64,000 nt of DNA from Candidatus Omnitrophota bacterium (GTDB lineage Bacteria; Omnitrophota; Gorgyraeia; 2-02-FULL-51-18): NCBI GenBank assembly GCA_945877765.1, contig CAMDWQ010000009.1, forward strand, positions 7,409-71,408, written 5' to 3'. The position numbers were made by a program, and so were the translations under genes. Under the pieces are notes generated by a model. The model searched no databases. It was given only the letters and a program-made list of their open reading frames with translations, and had not been told where the DNA came from. Within the stretch, counting starts at the first letter, position 1. Every line of letters begins with the position of its first letter. Of this stretch, positions 49,608 through 60,000 are shown piece after piece.

Positions 49608-51022
49608 GCGCTTTCCGCCGTCCATTCTTCCAGGTGCGCCTTTTCGGTATTGACGCTCCAGACATCCTGCGGATTTTTCCCCATATAATTACGTGCCGCA
49701 TATAAACCAGTCAAAATCGCGTGATCGCTGTTGTCATAGCGAAAAAGCCCCTCGCGGCCCATGAGACTTAAGTTTTCGATGTTCTCCACAAAATTGCGGA
49801 TGGTGTTTAGATGTTTTTGGTACTCAGGGCTGTAAACCGGATAGACGTTGGCAATTTTTACCACAAATCCTTTGACGTACCGCGCGGGGGCAACCAGCCC
49901 CATCTCTTCAAGTTCCATCAGAGCCAATTGAATCATATCCTCATTTGAAAAATTCCAAAGGCCCTCGCCTTCATTCACAAAATATTCGACCCCCAGCGTC
50001 GTCCAGTCGGGGTTTGAGACCATCTCCATGCTCCAATTTTTATAATTTTGAATGCGGCCGGCCCTGATGCCGGGAGAATGCACGTAAATCCAGTTGTCCG
50101 GGAAAATATTTTTTTGGTCAAAAATGAGATTCACGACCATGAAACTGCGAAATTTGAGTTGACGCGAAGCTTCGAGCACTTCTGGGGGAGGCAGCGGCTT
50201 CATTTTTTGAATTAAAAGGGTGATGGGGATGCTTGAAAAAAGATGACTGACGGGATTGACGCGCAATTCCCCGCCTGGGCCCGCGGCGGTCACCTCCGTG
50301 ATCCGGTTGCCTTCCCGGCGAATCTCCTCGGCGCGGCAATTCATGAGAAATTCGGTGCCGCTTTCTTCACATAAGTTTTTCCACCGGTCGCAAAAAAGTC
50401 CGGGACCTAGCCGCGGATACAGAAATTCTTCGCTGAGAGTTTTGGGGGTGGGGCCGAAACTGCCAAAAGCTTTAAGAACCGCTTTCCCCAAAGAGAGACT
50501 TTGAATTCTCTGCACGGCCCAATCACTGGAAAGCTCACGGCAGGGAATCCCCCACACCTTTTCGGTATAGGTTTTAAAAAAAATCTCATACAGTCTTTTA
50601 CCAAAGCGGCGAGTCATCCACCCTTCGAAATGGCTGTCATCCCCAGCCTTTGACCACCGGGAGAATAAATAACTGGCTAGACAGCGGACGCTCTCGGTAA
50701 ATCCTAACGTTGTCGTGGCATTTAAAAGATTGAGCGGGTAATTAAAAAACCGGTCGCGGTAATAGATCCGTGATTTACGCTTAACCAGCAAAAGATCCGG
50801 CCCCAGAATACGGCGCCAGAGCTCGTTGACTTCACGGCTTTTGGAAATAAAACGATGACCGCCGATATCAAACAACGAGCCTTCAAATTCAAGCGTGCGG
50901 CACAACCCACCCGCCTGCTCGTTTTTGTCCATTACCAGGGGTTGGATGCCGTTGGCACAAAGTTCGTGAGCACAGGCCAACCCTGCCGGACCTGCACCTA
51001 AGATTAAAGGATTGGATTTCAA
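49604..51022 (-). CDS. FAD-dependent oxidoreductase (UDP-galactopyranose mutase/HemY-like family)
   Basis: GAGPAGL, GGLCRT, FDIGGHRF, YTEKVWG, FLYPRLG, YPVY, GR.GLFRY.N.DH. Confidence 0.85.
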   Translation of the reverse strand: MKSNPLILGAGPAGLACAHELCANGIQPLVMDKNEQAGGLCRTLEFEGSLFDIGGHRFISKSREVNELWRRILGPDLLLVKRKSRIYYRDRFFNYPLNLLNATTTLGFTESVRCLASYLFSRWSKAGDDSHFEGWMTRRFGKRLYEIFFKTYTEKVWGIPCRELSSDWAVQRIQSLSLGKAVLKAFGSFGPTPKTLSEEFLYPRLGPGLFCDRWKNLCEESGTEFLMNCRAEEIRREGNRITEVTAAGPGGELRVNPVSHLFSSIPITLLIQKMKPLPPPEVLEASRQLKFRSFMVVNLIFDQKNIFPDNWIYVHSPGIRAGRIQNYKNWSMEMVSNPDWTTLGVEYFVNEGEGLWNFSNEDMIQLALMELEEMGLVAPARYVKGFVVKIANVYPVYSPEYQKHLNTIRNFVENIENLSLMGREGLFRYDNSDHAILTGLYAARNYMGKNPQDVWSVNTEKAHLEEWTAESA

Positions 51023-51089
51023 AAGGTTTCTCCCGCTTCAACTTATCCCAAAGCAAAATCCTCCGCAACACATTTTACTGCGCGGGGTC

Positions 51090-54000
51090 TTAGGCGGCTT
51101 GCTCGGCCATGCGGGCGGTCATGTTGTAGGCACTGACGATATTAGCCACATTCAAGCAGTGAATGGCCAGTCGTTGGACGATGTCGGGGGTGAGTCCCAC
51201 GCCTTGCACGAAATTCAAGAATTCGACTGGGGCCGCGGCGGAGACGTCAGACCCCAGGGCCTGGAAAATTTCTCTTAACCGTTGCTGGTTACGTGGATGC
51301 TTTATTCCCTCTTTTCCTATTTCCGCTTCCGCGATTAATCCATGAATCAAAGCATCGAAATTGAGAAAACCTCTTTGGGTGGGGACCTGAATAATCAGAT
51401 GGAGCCTGTCTTGGCTAAGAATACGAATATTTTTAGGGTCCATCGCCTCCAACGAAGCGCTCTTCATCGATTTAATATTTGATGGAGCTTTTTTCAAAAT
51501 AAATGTCTGTGAAGGATACAGCGCCTCTGCGCGGTCCATAATTTTTTTCCTATTTTTTGGCGTGATTCCAACGATCTGAAAATAGACGTTGAATTTAGTT
51601 GCCTTGTGCATGGCGTTCACGAGCGCGTGGGTAAAAAGCTCATCCGTGGGTAATTTTTTTTGACTCATAAGTCCTTTGAGATTGATAATCAAAAATTTAG
51701 ACTCAGGCGTGATTAGAGATTCGGTGAGACTCCGGACTTTGTTGGTTTGCTCGGCGAGTTTGTTCTTTAGCTCCAGCTGAGAAAGAAGCTCGTCTTGGGA
51801 GAGCATCAACGTCGCGTCTATATTTTGACCTTTACGATTTCTTGTGATGATGGCTTTGTAATTCCTCAAGACAACCTCCATAGAGTCTTCAAAATAAAGA
51901 CGGAGAATCTTGGCATCATGGTCCAAAGTGAATCGCAGGGTCTGGTCTCCTATCACGAGGCTTCCTTCCACAAAATCACGGCGAGCACTAATAATGGCTT
52001 GGGCGGCGAAAACGAGCCTGTCGTGACGTTCAATGGTGCCGTTGGCATAAATGGTTGGTGCGAATTGCATGGTCGCCTTTAGCGCCCCCAAATGACGGGT
52101 AGGAGCTTCGGATGCCAACCGTGCCGCGTCTCGATATTCAACATACGATGATGTGCCTATTCCCCTGCCTTCAAATGTTAAAGGTATGCTGTGATATTCC
52201 CAAAATGAGAAATCCTTTACCTCTTTATTTACAAACGTGCCACGGGGATGATACTCCTCTATTTCTGGAAAAGCGGTATCTAGGACTTCCATCTTCTGCA
52301 AATGTCTCTCCTGGCGGTTGAACTGAATTCTGATGACTATCGGGAGTCTATAATTCCTCTTATTCCCATGGTCTAAAGCATTTCTTAACATCTCTTTGAG
52401 GATATAAGTTGCCCCGAAAGCGGAGTGGTCACCCGGGTTTTCTTTTATCAAAATATCTTCTATTGCCCTTGCAAGATAATAGAAGCGCGAAGACTCCGCA
52501 TCGTGCCCACTAAGCCTAGAGCGATCTTCTATGTGAGAAAGATCAATCCATAGCGGCTGCTCATTTTTAATGGCATCACTTAAAGCCTCTTTATCGACCG
52601 GCGATGACAGATCTATTTTTATTAATTTCGTATTTCTTGCCACATATTCTAATAGTGCCTTAGAGGACGTCTGTTCTTCCCTCTTTTTTTTGTCATACTC
52701 CACTAGCCTTGTTTGAATACTAAAATTACTTTTTGTCAAAAGTTTATCCCGCACGATGATTGGAAGCTGTACGCTGTCATCAGGCACTACAAAACGTAGA
52801 TTAACCTTACCCCCTTCAATCTTCGTAAAAAGCATTGTGATTTGTTCTAAAATAGGGGTCTTTCCCCGGATTGCGATTGTATCTTTTGGGGTGGGGTGAT
52901 TTTCAAGAAGTATCCGTGAAACTTTATTCCAATCAGGACTTTCTGGTCCATTGGAAGTCTGAACCACAATGTAATTACCAGCCGCATTGATCTTGTCCAC
53001 ACGGACCTGCACCAAGTTGTGACTTTCTTGATCATAGACCCATATTAACTCGCCTTCATTGGCAGGCATCCAAATCGGTGTGGTTGCCAACCGGGCACCA
53101 TTCGGATCCCCGCTGAGGCTTTGCTCATCGGTTGCTGCAACACGTGACCCTTGGCCTGCGGGGCTCTCTCGGGATAGATGTTCTAGCGCAACAGCGACGT
53201 CGTTCGTCACAACAACAGCTGCTGTTGGGTATAACTTAAGAAAGTTTTTAAGTAATGTTGCTCTTTCGTCGTCATCCGTAATTCGGTTGATCCTAGCCAA
53301 CTCTTGATTAGCTGCGGAAGAAACATCTGCCAAATCAGGGTAGCTAGGATACAGATCAATGCTGGTGATCGTACCTCCCAAATTTAGAAGTGTGGGCAAT
53401 AGCGGTGAATTTCTTCCTATGGATCCAACCTGAGCAGTTGACTTGCTAAGATTCGCAGATAGAGCCGCCTTTAATGCGTAGTGATACAACATTTTAAACA
53501 ATGCGTGTCCTTTATAATCATCCGATCTTGCTAGTGAGGCATTGCCCAATATTCTCTGCTGTTCATCCATAATGATTATTATCCCCACAAAATATGCTAT
53601 CAACTTTCCTTTATCATCACGAATCACAAAACTAATAGAACTAGGCCTACTAGCCAATTCTGCAATGCGTAAGGGTTCCATTCCCGTCGGCGGAAGACTC
53701 TGGATTTCTTCTGCTTTGAGAATATTTTTTCCCCCTACTCTCTCTAGGACCAAATCATGCTTTTCTCCATCTTTTACTATGCTAAATCGGTGAGGGAGTA
53801 GCCCTGTGAATGCATTGTCTATCAGAGATTGATCGTTCTGGAAACATATCATCTCAATCTCATTGACGTATTTCCTGAATTTATCACCGTAACCTGCATA
53901 CCTATCGTTATCTGCATACTTATAAAGAGCATCATTATCCGCTAAAAACCTTTCCATAATATTCAAGGCTGCATCTACATTCGTATTACCGATAGGGTAT

Positions 54001-57000
54001 CTAGCCACCAGACGGGTTGAAGAGCTACGATCAGGCAGAGCCATGATATTTCTCTGAATACTTAGATCAGCTATAACCCCATTGTCTTGGCTAATAAATA
54101 AACTCACCCCAAGATTTCTTTTAATTTTGCGTGCTATGGATACTATTCTTCCCGCCGGGTTCATGTCTGATATAGATTGATGATCGAAATTAACCAATCT
54201 GGCTGTTTCTTCCTCTGAGATTGCCAACCGCGCGCCGACCAAATCGTGTTGAGCGTCTTCCCCGTTTGTCCGAATCTTTTTGAGACTGGTCAGAAACAAA
54301 AATCTCTTCTCTGGTGGGATCGTACGCATCACTGATTCTGCGATAGACAACACTCTGGCTCGATAGTCACTATCCATGTCATTGAGCGCTAACAAAAGAC
54401 TATCCAAAACCACGGGTGTCCGATATTTAGCCAAATCATGAAGGCGTTGCCTCACCAATTCGGTCACGTGCAATTCATCCGGCCCGTGAGCTAATTCCTT
54501 TAATAGGTACAGCAATTCCCGTGGCTCAACATTCGATCTGAGCGAGTTGGACAGCCGCATCGACCGTGGTAATACTTGAATTAGCTGATAGTCTTCCAGG
54601 CTCCGGCCATTGGGGCTAGTTCGCATGCTTGAGTCGATTGTCCTTTGATTTATAAAAAAATCCTTGTTTTGGCCAAAGCCATAATTAGACTCATCCGCAT
54701 GGATCGTTTGCCAGGCTAGCAGGTATCCGCCCGTAAGAGGAATACTCTCATTCACCATTCGAAGCCTATCCCTCGTATCTTTCACCGGTCCCATGTCAGG
54801 CACGATCACCAGAGACGGCCTAGTCTCTTCCGAAGCATAAGACAGACCTCCGGGCTTGAGAAAATCAACAACCTCCACCGAAAACTGGGCCGGTGGAATT
54901 CCAAGCTCGACAGCCGCCCGATCAAGAAGTGCGGCCTTTTCCCGCTCCTCTGGAAGCAAAAGAAATCTTATGCTCTTTTCCGAAAGCGCAAGACCCAAAG
55001 CCAGTAAGCCAGCACCCTTGCCGCCGCCAAGAATTAGCACTTCTTTCGTTGTTGCTTCTGGTAATTTGAGAATAGTTTCCAATGCTTCTCCTCTTGAAAA
55101 GTTGGCATCGTCATCAAATTCGAATATTTCTAATTTGTCCACCCCAACCACTTTCCGAATTTTTTCAATATATTCTTTGCCAATCACATCTATAGGCTTC
55201 ATCACTTCTGCGACTTTTTTTAGATACTCAGCCATCATTGATTCACGTAATTCGTTGAGTCTCGCATCAAGACTTTCAATCCTCTGGACTATTTTTTTAG
55301 CTTTTGTGAGCACTTCAGCTTCATTTTGATATCTTTCAAGCTCAGGGATAGAATTTGCAATTTGAACTCCCTCTTCACGTGCCGCCGTAACCTGCTGGCC
55401 AAAAAGCAAAATATTTTGATTGGATACGTCACGAAGAGAGATCTGCTGCCAGCTTGAAAGATTACGTAACGCATCATTTTGTGAGGAAGTCATTCTTTCT
55501 AGATGACGGCTTGTAAGATGACTCACGAGCATGATGACTTCTGCTTTTACATCCTCCCATTGGGCTGTTTTAAACCAGTAAGCACGGCCAACTTTATAAT
55601 CTAAATGCCACTCAATCGTATCTAATAAATAAGCAAGAAAAACACTTGCTCTTAATGGAACTTCAAGCTCGTGGTTGACCGGTAATCCTCTGTCTTCAAC
55701 TGGAATTAAATAGTCAGCGTTCTTGACGGCAATAAAGTCACCGAATGCCGTTGGTTCATTCGCATAATAACGAATGGAAAAACCATTTCTCATAAAAGGA
55801 TCTGGGATTGACGTAGAAGTAACATAAGCGCCTTCAGGCTTAAGCATTTGCTTAATTGAGGCTACCCATATATCTAAAATCAAAAATTTCATCTCAACTA
55901 AAGGCAGTCCCGCGAAAGAAGGCAAGGTTTCATCTATAACACTATTGGACATAATCAAATCAAACGATCCAGTCATATCACTTAGCGAGGATTGAATAAA
56001 ATTTACTTTTAAGATAAGTGCTTTTTTTAAATCATCGGCACCCGCCCAAACTGAAAGTTCATTTCTCATGCCTTCAAACATCCCATCAGACAGGTCGATC
56101 ACCGTCAATGATTGCATCTTCGGTAATGCGATCAATATAGAAATGATTTCTTTAGCATTTTTACCAGGTCCTATAAGAAGAAGATCTCCCGTTTGGATAG
56201 GATGACGATAGGGCTCCTTAAGATCCGAAAGGAGGTTGGTAATCTGAAGCGCAAATGTATTTTCAAGGCTTTCTTCTTCCGCCAACCGCGCGCCACCCTT
56301 ATTCCGAATACTGGCTTGCTCACTCGACAAATCAAGATCCGCGCGAACAAAAAATTTATCGACAAGTGCTTCTACGACTAAATTTTCAGATTCAGAAAAC
56401 ACACCCCACTGGCTTCCACCAACAAAAGACTGTAAGAAAGGAAGTGATTTTGGAAACCAGACCGTTGCCTCTCCTGATGGGCTAACGATCATCTCAGGTG
56501 CTCCGCTATAGGAAATCTCTGTTATATCAACGGTTGATGGGTAAAGATTTCCATTGGGGTGAAAATGCATCCCAAATACCAACGGGTTATTCTTGGCCGG
56601 TTCGAAGAGGCAACCAATAAAATCACTTTCACTTCTAATCACCGTGCCCTTCCACTCGCCTCTTAGATTGAAATAAAAGTTGGTTTGAGCGGATGTTGCT
56701 GTTTCCGTTTCATCAACCATATCCAAAGCCCACGATTGTGCATTGAAATAAAATGAGCTTCTTCGCTCCAGAGGAAGGTGATTCACAGCATCACCAAGTC
56801 CGTAATGCCTAAACAAATCTCCGGGTGTGGTTTCGATCCCTGGGTTTTCAGGTATTAGATCTAATCCAAAAAATTGCTCCTGAGAGATACTGATCTTTTC
56901 TAACATAGTAGGTATTGAGTATTTCATTATGAGCTCATCTCTATAATTCTTAAAATATCCATTACGAAGATTGAAAGTAAAAATACGCGCACTCTTGTCA

Positions 57001-60000
57001 TCAAGACTCAATCGTGCTTTATCATCTATCCTATAGATCTCATACAAAGAATTAAAACTCAGAAAGCTGAGTTGTCTCCGCTGGGCATTAATAGCGTCAA
57101 TAATGGGGGTATGACGAAGAATAAGTTCTCTTAATCTGTTAACCTTCTCTTGCGAATCACTTATCAACAAAACTGACTCTGTCTCTTCTGTGTCGATTGG
57201 AATCGCAGAGGCCAGCCGGGCGCCTATATCACCGGACACAGTTGAGTGGAGACCTGATTCGGCATCGCTGTCTTTTTTCCTGAGGATCTCATAAATCACC
57301 CAGTCTTGATAATTTCTAAAAGAGATACGCTCTCTTTGGTGAACCTCAAAACCGCCAAATGCTTGGGTCAGTGACTCTAAGGTAGGGATGGCATACTCAA
57401 TGAATTTGAAATCGGTTAGAACCTCTTCATGAGAAGTATCCAGCGTCGTAATAATAATCCGTCCATTTTTAGCCAAGTGCCCAAGGATGTTTGGGATCAA
57501 TTTATCCGGATTCATGTGTCCATAAGAATCTGCAAGCAGAATAACGTCAAACGGATCCCCTAAATCAAAGGGATCTTCGGCGCTCTGCTGTAGGACGGGG
57601 ACGCGTCTGATTTGCGTAAAAAGCGCTTGCCGCCTATTCAGCTCGATTGCATGCACCACATGCCCTGGCGGCTCTTCCATCAATTCTTTTTCGATAATGC
57701 CGGGGCCGGATCCTATGGATAATATTCTGAGTTTTTTATTCTGCCCTGCAGTGATAATCGCCTTCAGCTTATCTCGATAGGATCTGTCTATGACCGATGG
57801 ACTAATTGCATCCCTATTGAAGAATGCTTTTCCATCAGAATTATACCGATTATATAATTCATTTTTGTTTGACGGTGATTCCGCCAACCGCGCGGCGACC
57901 TGATCCGTCAGCGCTTTCTGAGCCTCCAACACCCGGCGCAGCGTTTCCTTTAAATCAGGATTCATAGCGTCCGAGATCTGAGGGCTAAACATCCCCAACA
58001 CTCCCACTCGCTTGCCTTCGGAGTCATAGAAACGCAGTTTGGCAGTATCTACGATTATCGGCTTATCTCCGCTCTCGTTCCGCTCCGGTTTAAGGAGAGG
58101 TTCGCCACGTTCTTTTTGCAAAGCTTCCAAATCAACATCTGTGTATTGATTGGCTAGATCCAGTGGATTTTTTTCAACATAAGTTTTCCCGACCCAATCT
58201 TTTTTATCGCCATTGGTGCCATCCGACCTTCTCATCGCATCAAGAAAAGCCTGATTGATGTAAATAATGACTTGGCTTGAGGGATCCGCGAGTTCGTCAT
58301 AATAGGTGACGAAAACAGGGTGAGCTGCATCGTCAAATTGTTTGAAATCTGCTTTAAGCGGTGTCCCAAGCACGGGCTCCTTTTCTTTTTCTTTAATCCT
58401 CCTGAGAATATTAGCTTGATCCGTCTGACGCAACAACGCCTGCAGTTTCGGAATCCTATTCTTCCAAGCCACTGACCTCAGAAATGACGGCATATCCGAG
58501 TGAAAAAGACTTAACATCGCCTCGTAAATATACGGATCGCCCACCGTATACTCCGCGGCAAAATAGTTTCTAATGAACCCTCCGGGACTTTGTTCTCTCG
58601 AGTCCGCATCACCAAATTCATCAATTTTTTGGGCCAGAACATTCAATAATGGGGCCGGTGGGAAATCTATCGGTAGGATGACTGCAGATTCACCCGCAGC
58701 AGAGGCTTGGAAGGTTAGCTCGATGAAATCTCCAACGGTCTGCTGGTAATGAACAGATTTTGCTTGGACATCTTTTCTCTGTTTAAGAATTTTTAGAAAA
58801 GCTTCAATAAACGAGGCTCTGGTATCTAAATCATCATCTCGCAAGATTACATCTATATCTCTAGAGGCTCTGCTGACAGAGGGCGCATTGGCGATCCACT
58901 TCCACTCTCCTGTGTCATCCTTGCCGAACCCGCGCTCTTCCATATGGGCATACCCGGTACGCAAATATCTGGCACTTCCTCCGATCCGTGCGTGCTTATC
59001 AGCTTGTTGGATCAACTGCTCAAGAAGGCGTAGATTAATTTCCCTATTTTCGGGATCAAAAAGCCGCTCGTCCGTAGGTGAAAATGTTTCGCTTGCAGGC
59101 TTTCCGGATCGGCCGAAGGTGGGAGCGGTAGAGGCCAACCGCGCGGCGGAAGCACTAGAATTAAGATCTATCCCATGAATGGAAAATGTGGCTGTTGAAT
59201 TTGCGGCGTCTTCTTTGACGGTAATCGCACGGCCTAGGGCATTGGCACTGGTAGAAATTGGTGAATTGTTGACAAGGTCGACAACGGGTTTCTGCCGCTG
59301 GAACCATGGTTGATGCCAAGGACTAGTCACATCGACATTCAAAAGTCCCTGATCATTGGAATGAAATCGAAGTTGTATTCGTTCCTTTTTGCTCGAATGA
59401 CCAAGCGCAGCAGCCAAAAGCAACTCCAGCATTGTTTTTAGTTGCTTGAATTGACTTGGCTGACCATTGATGAGCATTGACTCCATCCCACCGTAGTCAA
59501 TGTCAATACGCCCCCGGTCTATTGGCTTAAGTCTTAAATCATCCTCAATTCTTGCAATTAGGCTAGCAAGCGTGATGGGCGAGCGCAGCTTCGATCTAAG
59601 CTCATTCAAGATAGGTTTATTTTTTTTATTTCTGATGGTTTTTAAAAAAAGTTTTATTTTTTTCTCGGACCTTGCCTTTTTAAAAATTTCCTCTATTTTT
59701 TTTAATTCAGTTGACGTTGGATGATCAAATATTTCTTCGTAAAGCGGCATAGCGTCTTGAATATTATTCGCTAAGCCCGCCGCTTCTCCGGTCAATTGAT
59801 CGATATAAAATTCAAATGGCGTCAAATAACTGTCCTTTTGCACATCCACCTCTTGGGTGGGGTATATAAATCCGTCATCAATAATCCGAATATTTTTTAA
59901 ATCAACGCGCCGCCCATCGTACACCCCGGAATTGATCAAGTGCGGGTCCGCATCAAGAAACCCTTTTTCCATCAACGATCTCTGGTGTTGGCCAAAGAGA

